IMG/VR virus record: IMGVR_UViG_3300027541_000229
Source: an uncultured virus (IMG/VR IMGVR_UViG_3300027541_000229)
Taxonomy: Duplodnaviria; Heunggongvirae; Uroviricota; Caudoviricetes
DNA: 64,000 nucleotides
Reading direction: 5' to 3' (one strand)
The notes under the pieces were generated by a model. It saw only the letters and a list, made by a program, of their open reading frames with translations. It was not told where the DNA came from and did not search any database. Each line of letters begins with the position of its first letter. Position 1 is the first letter of the stretch. Below are positions 41,601 to 50,094 of this stretch, one piece after another. The position numbers and the translations under genes are program-made.

Positions 41601-44600
41601 AGCTCATTTTGCTAACTGCCGAGAAGTTGAAGTTTCTTCTCTTGAATGCTTCAACTGCTCCAACTAAAGGAAGTTTAGGAAGTTTCTTCCATATAGTCTT
41701 GTTGTTTAGATCATCCGCAGATGAATCTGTATGAGTGATCAAACTCCTATAATAAGTGTTGTTGTTTCTAACGATCACACCGTTAGCATAAGAAGTTCCT
41801 AGCGTCCAATCTGAAAATGTTTCGCTCACTCCGCCAACAGAGATTAATGGATCACCTTGACTAGCCAACGGTTCGTAATAAGGAAAGTATGGATGAAGAT
41901 CATCATATCCTGTAACATACCAACCGTTTAATGTTTTTTCTATGATCACACCACTGTATGATATAGTGGAAATAGGAGCACTTACATTAAAAATAATGTC
42001 GTAGTTTTCTGCAGGAATATAAACTCCTGTAGAAGTAGATTTTGGATTCTTGCTGTCTAACAGATATTTCTGCTGAGCTTTATCAACAAAACCGCCTAGT
42101 CGAGTTGTAAGATTTACATCAATATTTTTTATTTTATTTTCGACTAGATCTAAAGAAACACCTCTAGATTTAGCATAGTCTATCAAGTAGACAACTAATC
42201 CTGCTCCTTGCTGTATACCTGTCTTAGGAACTTTTATATCATTTAAAGTTACAGGAAGATTTGTATTAACATTAACAGTCTGACCGAGATTGTTTAACTT
42301 AACCTGAGAGCGATCAAAGCTGTCTCCTATAAACTCGAAAGGTTTTAATAGGCATAGAGCAATAGTGATAGCAAACGGAAACTCTGAGCTTGACCTCCAT
42401 GCATACTCAACTGGAGATATATCTCCTAACTTAAATGGTCCTCTATTATTGATAAGAACAAAGTCGTTGGCTAGCCCAGACTCAAGCGGGCTTAGAAGCT
42501 TACCTTCTACATCAACAGGAAGATGACTTAGTATTGTTGGTCGAGCATATCTTAGATATGTTCCAGCACGGTCTCCTTCTCGAATGATACCATCTCGTAT
42601 GTCTTCCCACAAAATCAGATTGCCGCTGGTGTATGGAGCAGGTCCATAATATTTTTCCCACCAGATTGGTTTTTGGCTAAATCCTAAGATTTCCCAAGGA
42701 CATCTGTGTGGGCGATCGGTGTCATAGAACCAGTTATACACTCCTCTCCACCATCCAGGTAAGTTTTGCTTACCTGTAGGATCAGTCATATTGGTATAAC
42801 TGTAAGTAAATGTTTCATATTCTGTAAAATAGGTATTGTTGGTGTAATCAATATTTGTATTATTGATCCATTTTAAAAATTCCTGTTCTACAATATTATC
42901 TAAATCATCTTTATTAAAAATAGCATTACCATAATATCCGCCCAAGACAGCATCGATATCAAAAATAGTATGATCATACTCTTGTTTAATATTATTGTAA
43001 ATCCTGTATTCTATCTCTAATAGAAGATCATCTCTGAAATCGCCGTAGGCGACAGTTATACTACCATCGTGCCCTTGTATAACTTCGGTAGGTGTTTTGT
43101 AAGTATCATCTAAAAACTTGCTCGGAGTATATTTCTTGTAAAGACCAAGACTTGTAGGAGTTGGTGGCACAAAGCAATGTGCTGTTGAAACATACTCTCT
43201 TATCTCTACTAGATCATTTTCATTCAGATCTAGAGATATATTAACAAAACCAAAAGTATCGTTGAATGTATAGTCTCGTCCGTGTAGCAACTGATTATCA
43301 TTTAGATATACATAAACTGCTTTCCTAGACAGGGTAGTTAAACTAAATGGCGCAGACAATGCAAAAGTTTTTATTCCAGTATCTTCTACAGTATAAGAAA
43401 TAGTAGAATATGCACCGGAACCGATCATATCAGAATCAGAGAACGGCGAATCACCGTTCTTAGTTCTTGATAGTTCGTTGATAATGTCATCGACAAAATC
43501 TGGAATACTTTCGTTGTATTCTATTTCCAACGCCTTGGTAATAAAGTTACTTTTCCATTCTGTGTATGATCTCTTAGCGTACTGCAGAGATTTAATGATG
43601 TTATTAGTCTTATCACAGAGCAATGCGATCGCAACTGGAGTCAAACCAGAATGTGTTAAAAATCTCTTGGCGTTATCTTGATATCCATCAAGATCTCTAA
43701 GATTAGATTTGCCTGGGATGTTTCCTTGAAACTCAGTATCAAACTCTACAGCAGAAACAATATGATCAATCGCTTGACCATACGTAAATGTAGTCAATGG
43801 AGAGTTTAACGGATTCCTTTCTAGCCCAACGGGTATTTCATAGTAACCTGTTACTGGTTCTAAATCTGTAACAATTTTTACAGATATAATATCATTAACA
43901 GAAAAAGAATCTTGGAAAGTAAAAGTATCTTTATTTCTTGTCCATGGATTATCTGTCAGCTTATCTCCATTGAGATAAAAGTTAATAACTGGTTCAGTCG
44001 TGACCTGCGCCCAATCTATAGTGGTCAACTTTATGGTGTTAGTGGCTTCTTGTATAGTAACACTATCAATTAACGGTTGGATATAGGTCAGGTCTGTAAG
44101 TGTCCAGCCGTTATCGTACCCTCCTGTTGAGTTATCTTTAAAATAACCTACAGCAACTTTTTTAGAAAGAGCTTGTCTATCGATTGTATAGTTTACTGTT
44201 TCAGAACCAAAGTCCCAGTTAAACTGAATATCTCCAACATTATCAATATTGAGATAACTTAAACTGAATCCTAGCTGACTATCTGTCAGACCGTTGCCTA
44301 TCTTGTAGCTAACTAAAGGATTGCCGTTAAAAGAACTAATAGGATATGTTTCCGGATCCGAAAAACTAACATAGTTTTCATCATAGACATCAAACAATGG
44401 AGATTGATTTACAGTAGTCTTGGCCTGACTCTTGACCCAACTCTCTCCGGTAAAATGATACATCAATCCAGAGTTTGATTTGCCGCGGCGAACCAATACA
44501 CCCTGGCCAACTACAGATTGAGAATCTGTAGCTTCTTTGAGTGTAATCTGCGTGTTGTTGCCAAACTTTATAAAATGAACAGTATAGATCTTGTTGTTAG

Positions 44601-46185
44601 CTAAAGAATCAGTATCTGCTACCACTAGTACTCTTGCACCTTCAAACAAAAACTCGCCGTCGACGTTATATCCGGAACTACCTTCTATTTTACTAAAGAT
44701 ATCATCTGTAAAGGTATCGATATAATCAACCTGAGTCTTTGCAATAGAACAGTGGTTGTACAACTGTATATTTGATCTAAACTCTATGATAGGTCGTTTT
44801 GCTCTGAGATTTTCATCAGCAGGAAAATCTTGTCCTCGCTGTGTATAAGCATATTCTAAAACAGATCGATGGAACCAACGATTATACCGTGACCACGGAT
44901 TTGAATCTTGGCTGTTTTTTGATATTGTGATATAATCAAGTTGTCCTGGATATGCAGATGCATCATCAAATGGTTCAGCATCAAACGGTGCATTGTCAAA
45001 CAAAACTTCAGGAACATCTGTAGACAATACCGGAACGATAAGATCAGAAAATCTAGTTAATGTTATAGCTTTTCCAACTCCCTCAACTAACCAAGTATCC
45101 GTTGCATATTTTTCAGGGCTGACCTTGCCCATAAACTCAACAACTAGTCCATTAGTAAACTCTATGCCGTTGCTGCTCTTGTATTGAGATTTACCTAGAA
45201 CATCTTTAGTTACATCGATGTAGGTATTTTCAACTATTGACTGTATTACGAACTGACCCTGTCTATCAAGATTTACTACACTCTGATAAAACAATACATC
45301 AGGTGAATCATAGGGAACTGTAAATGTTAAAGTTCCGTTCTCTATCTTGTTATTTTTTATACCATCGTTGTAATCAAAGATTGAGTTATAGTCGTTGATA
45401 CTGATAAGCTCCCAGTCTTGACTATCAACATTGATAGTGCTGCCGTCTGGTAACACATCAACTTTAGCTCTCCAAAGTTGATCATTGTAAAGAACTACTG
45501 ATCCAGCCTTATATCCAAGATTTGGATTGTAGACCAATGAACCTAGATCAGGGTTGGTCCTGATCACAAATGCTTCACTAGGAGCATTGATCTTAAACTT
45601 ATAGGTTTGACCTCTGTACAGTGTTATCTTAGGATTGTTTGTAACACCATCAGGACTGAAAACCCAAGATGATCCTAACCCTAGTTCTACCTTATAAGTG
45701 CTGGTTATTTTTGCCGACTGTCCGTAGATCTGCAACGGAGGCGGACCACTTGGTTGCCAATAGTATTCTCTAAAGTTAATAAACTTGTCCCAATCAATAG
45801 GGGGATTCCAACTATAGTGTTCTTGGCTAGTAGTTAGATAATCTCTATCAACTTCGTTTCCAAAGAACTTTATCTGATTCTTTACATCTAAATAATCATA
45901 AAAATTCTGTATGGTTTCATTTTCTCTAAAAATGACTCCTGGCTCGACTTGATATCTACTACGTAATGTATTGTCTGTATCAAGATATATGTCGCTACCA
46001 CGATAAGTTTTTCCATATCTTCGACCGACATAACCGGCAGTTTTTTGTAAGACTCCTGGCTGTACCAAAGGATCGACCACGGCGGCCATGAACTTATTAT
46101 TTGCCGGTGTTTGGAAAACATTCGGCAATAGATCTTTAGTCTTTCTTATTGGAAGTTGACTTTGTGGATAAATTTTATCTGCCAT
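32608..46185 (-). CDS. Giant (4525 aa) baseplate wedge-like structural protein (gp7 position)
   Basis: Uninterrupted 13.6 kb ORF directly after gp6. Contains FG-GAP-like propeller repeats, aromatic CBM-like modules and GxGY..P.V...G.G repeats. Confidence 0.75.
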   Translation of the reverse strand: MADKIYPQSQLPIRKTKDLLPNVFQTPANNKFMAAVVDPLVQPGVLQKTAGYVGRRYGKTYRGSDIYLDTDNTLRSRYQVEPGVIFRENETIQNFYDYLDVKNQIKFFGNEVDRDYLTTSQEHYSWNPPIDWDKFINFREYYWQPSGPPPLQIYGQSAKITSTYKVELGLGSSWVFSPDGVTNNPKITLYRGQTYKFKINAPSEAFVIRTNPDLGSLVYNPNLGYKAGSVVLYNDQLWRAKVDVLPDGSTINVDSQDWELISINDYNSIFDYNDGIKNNKIENGTLTFTVPYDSPDVLFYQSVVNLDRQGQFVIQSIVENTYIDVTKDVLGKSQYKSSNGIEFTNGLVVEFMGKVSPEKYATDTWLVEGVGKAITLTRFSDLIVPVLSTDVPEVLFDNAPFDAEPFDDASAYPGQLDYITISKNSQDSNPWSRYNRWFHRSVLEYAYTQRGQDFPADENLRAKRPIIEFRSNIQLYNHCSIAKTQVDYIDTFTDDIFSKIEGSSGYNVDGEFLFEGARVLVVADTDSLANNKIYTVHFIKFGNNTQITLKEATDSQSVVGQGVLVRRGKSNSGLMYHFTGESWVKSQAKTTVNQSPLFDVYDENYVSFSDPETYPISSFNGNPLVSYKIGNGLTDSQLGFSLSYLNIDNVGDIQFNWDFGSETVNYTIDRQALSKKVAVGYFKDNSTGGYDNGWTLTDLTYIQPLIDSVTIQEATNTIKLTTIDWAQVTTEPVINFYLNGDKLTDNPWTRNKDTFTFQDSFSVNDIISVKIVTDLEPVTGYYEIPVGLERNPLNSPLTTFTYGQAIDHIVSAVEFDTEFQGNIPGKSNLRDLDGYQDNAKRFLTHSGLTPVAIALLCDKTNNIIKSLQYAKRSYTEWKSNFITKALEIEYNESIPDFVDDIINELSRTKNGDSPFSDSDMIGSGAYSTISYTVEDTGIKTFALSAPFSLTTLSRKAVYVYLNDNQLLHGRDYTFNDTFGFVNISLDLNENDLVEIREYVSTAHCFVPPTPTSLGLYKKYTPSKFLDDTYKTPTEVIQGHDGSITVAYGDFRDDLLLEIEYRIYNNIKQEYDHTIFDIDAVLGGYYGNAIFNKDDLDNIVEQEFLKWINNTNIDYTNNTYFTEYETFTYSYTNMTDPTGKQNLPGWWRGVYNWFYDTDRPHRCPWEILGFSQKPIWWEKYYGPAPYTSGNLILWEDIRDGIIREGDRAGTYLRYARPTILSHLPVDVEGKLLSPLESGLANDFVLINNRGPFKLGDISPVEYAWRSSSEFPFAITIALCLLKPFEFIGDSFDRSQVKLNNLGQTVNVNTNLPVTLNDIKVPKTGIQQGAGLVVYLIDYAKSRGVSLDLVENKIKNIDVNLTTRLGGFVDKAQQKYLLDSKNPKSTSTGVYIPAENYDIIFNVSAPISTISYSGVIIEKTLNGWYVTGYDDLHPYFPYYEPLASQGDPLISVGGVSETFSDWTLGTSYANGVIVRNNNTYYRSLITHTDSSADDLNNKTIWKKLPKLPLVGAVEAFKRRNFNFSAVSKMSYGTEINEIQDIVNFLLGYEAYLKSRGFVFENYDPDNQVSQDWTTSCKEFMFWTRHNWAIGSIITLSPASQKVYIKTPVGVADNLLDGFYDYQVLKSDGKPLQPQYINVDRQFQEITVETTNTTEGIYYIRLYYVLKEHVTVFSDKTVFSDIIYDKPTGYRQQRIKSLGFRTTDWYGDYTSPGFLFDNVDIAVWQPFVDYRLGDIVAYQQYYWVSQVNQEGSESFNTNLWTKLDTVPEKQLLSNFDYKIKQFDDYFNVESQGIGETQRELARHTVGYQSREYLQNLAEDPVTQFQLYQGFIREKGTINSVKKVFDKISRSSESALVLDEEWAFRVGRFGGVDQLKEYEIKIEKSEFPLNPQPLLFVNSIPSVSSDRYYRVIGSDFTISPTPYTTNINPLSLEAEPENTAGYVATSQVDFALYNADAILGIDISTVSEGAHFWLTFYSPDWTVWRFSEAANLKVVDAVKSGLTVTVTMNRRHGLTVGDIVGFRSIPNLTGFYKITEVSDMTISVTVTPAAQDPVIDGSTVTNVGLFTEVRFDTYDMVDPEKVALWKEGSTLWVDDNGSGLWEVIRKTKQYSFGEISEYGLTSPLRTGAAVFYDNRSKESIVGIPGSGYAVVYSDINGALTPKQILSPLIEFRTLSIGSFGQAITVSPDGQWLAIGVPLASGVKNTYLGPFSSTKSYALEDVVLYDDILWTPNKFVSPDGSTLTFNTEDWDRATNIEAYGEARGDGFSEQGMIVLYTRTSQGWDYYKTFASPRPAAGELFGSSIKMAKSGTSYSMIVSAPGSLDGIGRVYVYSHNGTGWEIGEILPSELALNNSLVQDRSTMAHGILNSDVEMLKIGDQYGSAIAMSYTGDIIAVGAPFSDGQVFDQYRGVWNSTTEYFEGEVVQYEGLYYKLAPDTSDSTYTNTGTNPTTLPWVSIGDSTMNPSGKVFVYKKESTGYRLVQTIGADNLSEYSDLSKVETINVGDQFGASLDLDWSGTTLVIASPLGDINLQNQGSAYVLRLTNNIFRVKQKLESFEDYPNEYFGQSICISGNTEKIVIGAKNTPYHESVTFFSKDEGTTTFDHGATRFSKDYGFAGAVYVFERKADVYFLAEKLSADLSSNESFGYSVYCTPDNILVGSPDYYSNVLNQKTGHVRLFKKLENVNSWEILSQRSLVVDIEKLKSISLYDDVNNKKIQDLDIIDPAKGKILNEAEQELTFKVPYDPAVYSIGTDLQTVIPSQEWTDHHVGKLWWNTSTAKWMYYEQGDTSYRVGNWSRQVPGSSIDVYEWVKTKLLPSEWAALADTNNGIANGISGQPLYPNDDVYSQRILYNASTGAATETYYYYWVKNKTILPTNVIGRNISASTVASYINNPIGSGTAFVGIAAENTLLLYNFKSIISTDYALLNIEYKKDTSSLNPVHNEYQLIREGSTQGVPSYKLETKWIDSLVGYDSVGNRVPDPGLPAKLRYGIEFRPRQGMFINRLTALRLTVDNLNAFLSTYPLTDSLDFTYLNLVDPAPNSQLNLYDVAVDTDIDLETVSTTRVEPAILQVNIINGQVDTIDIVSKGFGYKVVPPVIIDGDGELAAAEATIDSQGRIISVTVTTKGRKYSYASASIRPFSVLVNKDATANNFWGIYAYNSDKKTFYRTRTQAYDTTRYWSLQDWWLTGYSSVDRIVKEIPNISYLGFVTTYVGDMVRIKEYASGGWAVLLKTSEGSSNPSDDWMLVGREKGTVLLEPSLYDPTVGGIGYDNNKSYDTAFYDLENAKELRNILRAVKDNAYNLGFGDQWSSLFFVAVRYVLTEQKYVDWMFKTSLVTATHNVGAFEQKLNYKNDNLASFQDYINEVKPYRTTVREYISRYNTLETTGLSTSDFDLPPAYNVSEGKITSVTETQETIQRYPWKWWLDNHRYSITEIRLSNPGSEYNSPPTVIIDGDGTGATAKAYISNGSVSGVELLTAGSGYTRASIKLVGGNGNSTDIATAIPVLGDSKTRTFNLSLRFDRVNKESSYSTFTKTDTFVAEGNNAVFKLSYAPSNNKNKINILRNGNVVYKDEYSVKIYKEGIDNYSLLKGSVIFVSAPNKGDNIVITYEKNDELLYAVDRINKYYLTESSSPTASGMLGKELNQLMTGLDFGGVQVQGTTFEVTGGWDALPWFSDSWDSVESSNDIYFRADGSTASYTFDAPPAAGQIYNIYIKRNGDTQFIRIDDPYFNPAQDSSMQTNPHAEIPTFIGDGSTSVIMLTPYLSLNAGDTLVFRQIESDGSVTINDSNILDTKISGGTLAAMSGAYSTASGTAAEEIVLEGGKFISPEQVPAPEENVPGQVLDSLSIKVFNNTRSGATPLNHRTIYSDGITLTYKIGQKIIENSSLLVYINKIKKTETIDYSIDYKDQEITLNSLAPAGNIIEIISLGIGGHNLLDYQEFVADGDTSLFLTDANYTDTTSIFVTVNGIYKETAFVNSTGVVDSQNRTLVQFGIKPTLGDVISILVLGSENGNVLDGYGVVRINQQVFNYEGSTRTFSLNHSVTEDPKLVSQIGANFNNVLNASAASSMIVEVNGKALKGPDSVYFVYDGVTKDFVLGEDPYTGPGAVLTSNISVYINDELKTFIQDYVYDGTSKTITITKSLTKGDVIKIETNFISDYKIENNSLVLLDTISLVDGDTIGVTWFNEYTSMDLISDEYTGGKVQYRLSHSPISVSYVWVYKNGDRLSQDVDYYVDQDRSLIYLKNKTTEDDNIKILLFGSQIYRLPSGYEIYKDMLNVYHFKRYSQGMDVVLAKDLNYFDTSLEVTDSTELSDPIPSRNIPGIITINNERIEYLSKVGNVLSKLRRGSLGTSIATLHAKGSYVVDVGIKETVPYNETQDRTDFTSDGKSDDSTIGTAQTIGPLEFTPSKGTRSIWYKNTIPSDFGPCDQIEVFVGGRRLRKDPLQVFDETLGAEGSGKYKTLEAEFSVDGTTPYIRLTETVPANTLITVIRKLGRTWYDRGENTVTRGVTLLENTTPIARFIAEKTTKIPE

Positions 46186-46192
46186 TACTTAC

Positions 46193-49100
46193 TCACGCTG
46201 TTGTATTAACTATTGTTGATGGGTTTGCGCCGATTTCTGCGGCTGTGATAGCTGTTACTATTTCTATATCGTCAACCGTAGCACCGTTAACAAATATTTC
46301 ATCCGGTGCTGCTTGTATCTCAAACAAACTACCAAATGATTGGTCTGCTTGCTTGGGTACGATAACCAAGTTGCTAATATCCGGAGCAGTGGCTGTCAAA
46401 ATATAAGTTATCAACTCACTGAGATAAAAACGATCACCAAAGTCCCAGTTGTTAACACTAAAGAAATCATTTATAGCTGACACTACTCTTACTTTTATAT
46501 CGTTATCGTTAACTGTCTTGTTTGAGTTCTTAACTATTTTAAAAACTGCCTGTAACTTTGAGTTTGCCTTGGCGCCAAACAATACCTTGTACTTTACCGG
46601 ATGATATATAATCTCATCACTGATTGATTTGATTAAATCTAAGTTAACACCAAATGTGTCTCTTAGAGAATCATTGTTAGGTGGTGTTGGTTCTGTAGAA
46701 ATATAACCTGCAAGATAGTTTCTGTATGATGTGTCATACGCTCTAGTCAATATGAATAAATCTATTATGTTACTAGAACTAGGATCTATCCTTCTTTCGC
46801 TGTTAGCATTATGAAGATATTGGAACTTGAGTCTATCACGACCGACCGCAGCCTTATAAGAACTTTCTAGAACAAATGTATTGGTTGTTTTATCAACACG
46901 CTTAACTACATCTTCTGCAGAATCATAAAAATAAACCAACTGACCGTTGTTATAGTTTGAAATAACTGCGGTAGTTTCTTTAGGCCAAATCATTATAAGC
47001 TCATCAGAGTTATCGATAATGTCATAGTATGTTGCACCTGATGCATCGGTGGTCTTCTTAAAAAACAAAAAGTTATGTAGACTATCAAGCCCTACTATCT
47101 TTTCAAATGCATCCGGATTGTCGATAACACCATTATTATCAGAATCTGCAAATGCTATTTTTATTTCTTTGGTGCTTTCGTACCCATCATCAAACTTAAT
47201 CGTTTCGTCGATTTCAAAATCGATATCTTGTTTGATAGATGTCAACAGGTCACCGCCGGTGTTGATACCCAGTATCTTAACCTTATCTTTTATTACAGTA
47301 CCTGTTTCACTATTATAGACTTTTTGCTGTCCATCAAAATAAAATCTATTTTGTTGCACACTGCCAAATATATAATGCATAACTCTAATGCGTATAAAAT
47401 ATTGATCCGCTTGTCTAACAAAAGCTATGTACCAAGATGCATCTAAACCTGCATTCGTTGTATCGCCTGCCTTACCTGAGTTATAAACATCTGATAGATT
47501 AAGGTTGCCAGCAGTAATAACTTTCCAAGATGCTGTATCAATGTCATATCTTAAACCAAAGTTAAAGTTTTGAGATATTTGATTTATCATTTCAAGTTCA
47601 AGAGCATCAGTTAGAGATGTACTAAATCTAGGAACAAATCTATCTGCTATGGCACCGCTAGGAATAGTTGTATTAAATGTAACCGGTCCGAGACCTGATG
47701 TAAGGACACCACGACCTGCATTAGTTCCATCGCCTACGATTGAAACTACTTCAGACCAAATATAAGATGTTTGCAAAGGATCCGATGTATTAGTTGTAAC
47801 TAACTTTCCTTTCCTAAATGATTTACCTGCAGGTGCAACAAATCTTAATAGTGCTCCCGGGGCGGCGCTCTTTAGTACGCTGGTTGTATAAGTTCCAACT
47901 TTTAAAAGACTACCATCGATTCCGCTGACAAAGTAACCTGTGGTTTTATTACCTGTTGATGTGACCTGTTTCCATATATAGTTGCTATCTGTAAAAGTAT
48001 AAGGTGTTCTATCAAACTTTGTGAGATAGAAGTTATAAACATCTGTACTAGCAAAAGTAGGTTCTATGGTATTTCGTATAAAGTTGATAATATCGATAGT
48101 ACTGGCATATTTGAAAAGTATATTCTTTTCTGAAGTTTCTTTATAGATATAACCGTCGTCAGCAAAAACATTGACGCTGCTGTATTTTCCTGAAGCATCA
48201 ATAACTTCAAAGTTTCTGCTAATACCGCTAGAAGTTCTGTTGATCGATTTGATCTTAAGAATATTTTGACTGGTTGCTAACGGAGCAAGATTATAATCTT
48301 CTCCAGTTATCATTCTATTCTGTGTATAGAATAGAGCAGGAGCATTTGCTCGTATGCTGTCTGTACTTTCTGACGATGCAGAAGAAGTGACAGTATACTG
48401 TAGGCCAAGATTTACAGTGATTGTATGTCTAACACCTTGCTTGTTGTAATAAGGAATAGCAATGCTGATTCCTTTCATCTCGTTTGGATAGATTGTATAC
48501 GACAAACCATTACTGACTCTATAATAGAAACGGAAACTTCCTTGTGGTAGATTTCCATACACTCCATCTGAAAACTCTAGATCAACCTGATCATTTTCTT
48601 TAGTAACGACTGAGTAGATGTTACGTATATTTTTATCGATACTATTATAGATAATATTGTTGCCTAATAGATCTGAAACCTTAGTCCATTGATTTTGTTG
48701 TACTCCTGCCGAACTTAAAGAAAATAACCAAACATCATCATTATTGATGTTCTGTGCTCCAACGCTGATAGTTTCGTTAGTGGTAGGAATGTCAACAGTG
48801 AAATCTGCAAACTCGAGACTTCCCTGTTTAAACATTAAAAAGAATCCTGTATTAGGACTTGCTGGACCTTTACCGTCATTCTTATAAATGAATCCTAGTT
48901 GGTTAGCAGGAACTGGAGCTTCTTCATAGAATACTGTGCTATTTGAAAAACTTGTAGACACGATTTCAAAACTCATACCTCGACCACTAACTGTTTTAGA
49001 ATAAGAATAGATAGGAACGTCTGCTGATGTGGTTTTAAAACGATATTGTTCAGTAGGAATACCTTGTATGGTGCTTGTTCCTTGGCTACGACCAAACTGT

Positions 49101-49603
49101 GTGTTATCAGCCATCGCAGCGTTTAATACAACAATAAACTGTTCTAACCAGTTGGTGTTGGTTGGATCATTCCATTGGATGATCTGATTAGCAAGATTCT
49201 TACCATTGCCGTCAAGCAAGGATTCAGTAGTACTGACTGAAGTAAACTTTAAAAGTCCTTGTGCAGGAACGTTTCTTTTAGCATTATAAGAAAGCATACG
49301 AGCTAGTCTTAAAACACTGTCTCTTCGTTCTGCTAGATCAATAAAGTTTTCACGACTGGCCAGATCAACCCTAAACGCTAGGCTCTGTCCCAAGAACGCA
49401 ACAGCGTCAATGAGGGCCATGTATTCAGAACTTTCAATATAGTCATTGAAATCTTCTGGGTAGTTCTGCCTTAGATATGTGATGATAACCCTACGTAAGT
49501 TTTCAAAATCGTAGGATTTGAAATCAGCATTTTTAAATGTCTGATAAATCCTTTTCCAATCTTGATTTAAAATCAGGTTATTCTGTCTAGAAGTCGTGGT
49601 CAT
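46193..49603 (-). CDS. gp6: Baseplate wedge protein, T4 gp6-like
   Basis: DFE.LR..I..YL......F.DY..SS, E.F...A.RRDSV..LA..L.Y, F.DG..G..P, ES..SIR.NAP.....QNR..T..DY. Confidence 0.85.
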   Translation of the reverse strand: MTTTSRQNNLILNQDWKRIYQTFKNADFKSYDFENLRRVIITYLRQNYPEDFNDYIESSEYMALIDAVAFLGQSLAFRVDLASRENFIDLAERRDSVLRLARMLSYNAKRNVPAQGLLKFTSVSTTESLLDGNGKNLANQIIQWNDPTNTNWLEQFIVVLNAAMADNTQFGRSQGTSTIQGIPTEQYRFKTTSADVPIYSYSKTVSGRGMSFEIVSTSFSNSTVFYEEAPVPANQLGFIYKNDGKGPASPNTGFFLMFKQGSLEFADFTVDIPTTNETISVGAQNINNDDVWLFSLSSAGVQQNQWTKVSDLLGNNIIYNSIDKNIRNIYSVVTKENDQVDLEFSDGVYGNLPQGSFRFYYRVSNGLSYTIYPNEMKGISIAIPYYNKQGVRHTITVNLGLQYTVTSSASSESTDSIRANAPALFYTQNRMITGEDYNLAPLATSQNILKIKSINRTSSGISRNFEVIDASGKYSSVNVFADDGYIYKETSEKNILFKYASTIDIINFIRNTIEPTFASTDVYNFYLTKFDRTPYTFTDSNYIWKQVTSTGNKTTGYFVSGIDGSLLKVGTYTTSVLKSAAPGALLRFVAPAGKSFRKGKLVTTNTSDPLQTSYIWSEVVSIVGDGTNAGRGVLTSGLGPVTFNTTIPSGAIADRFVPRFSTSLTDALELEMINQISQNFNFGLRYDIDTASWKVITAGNLNLSDVYNSGKAGDTTNAGLDASWYIAFVRQADQYFIRIRVMHYIFGSVQQNRFYFDGQQKVYNSETGTVIKDKVKILGINTGGDLLTSIKQDIDFEIDETIKFDDGYESTKEIKIAFADSDNNGVIDNPDAFEKIVGLDSLHNFLFFKKTTDASGATYYDIIDNSDELIMIWPKETTAVISNYNNGQLVYFYDSAEDVVKRVDKTTNTFVLESSYKAAVGRDRLKFQYLHNANSERRIDPSSSNIIDLFILTRAYDTSYRNYLAGYISTEPTPPNNDSLRDTFGVNLDLIKSISDEIIYHPVKYKVLFGAKANSKLQAVFKIVKNSNKTVNDNDIKVRVVSAINDFFSVNNWDFGDRFYLSELITYILTATAPDISNLVIVPKQADQSFGSLFEIQAAPDEIFVNGATVDDIEIVTAITAAEIGANPSTIVNTTA

Positions 49604-49644
49604 TGTGTTTTCCTATATGATATTTACCTTAGAAAATTAAGTGG

Positions 49645-50094
49645 TCACTTTATTATCGCGTTCCTTCGGTCAAAGTCAAAGGTCATCCTTTCATTGATAT
49701 TGAAAGGAATATAAACAAGATCTGCTTCTATCCTTATTCCTTGATCTGTGCTGTCTACTGTTACTGCCGTGACAGAAATCCTAGGATCATAGTTGACGAT
49801 ATCCTCAACATCCTTGGCTATCAATCGTTTAACTTCTTGTGTAAAAGGTTCAAACAACAGATCCCAAATGATAGTTCCGAAATCAGGATTTTCTAATTTT
49901 TCTCCCTTACGAATATGGAAATGGTTGATTATATCTTGCTTGACTAAATCTATATCGTAGAGCTTATAGTTTCTAGCAGATTCCTGAGAGTTAAACCCTC
50001 TATAGGTAAAAGATCTAGATCCTTCGGATCCTACAGATGCCTTATTTGCTGCTACAACTTGATTGTTATAAAGTTTTTTAGTTGCTAATCCCAT
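49645..50094 (-). CDS. gp25: Baseplate wedge subunit, gp25-like
   Basis: D..LVKQ.I.N....RKGE....P.FG..I..LLFEP....DPR. Confidence 0.85.
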   Translation of the reverse strand: MGLATKKLYNNQVVAANKASVGSEGSRSFTYRGFNSQESARNYKLYDIDLVKQDIINHFHIRKGEKLENPDFGTIIWDLLFEPFTQEVKRLIAKDVEDIVNYDPRISVTAVTVDSTDQGIRIEADLVYIPFNINERMTFDFDRRNAIIK

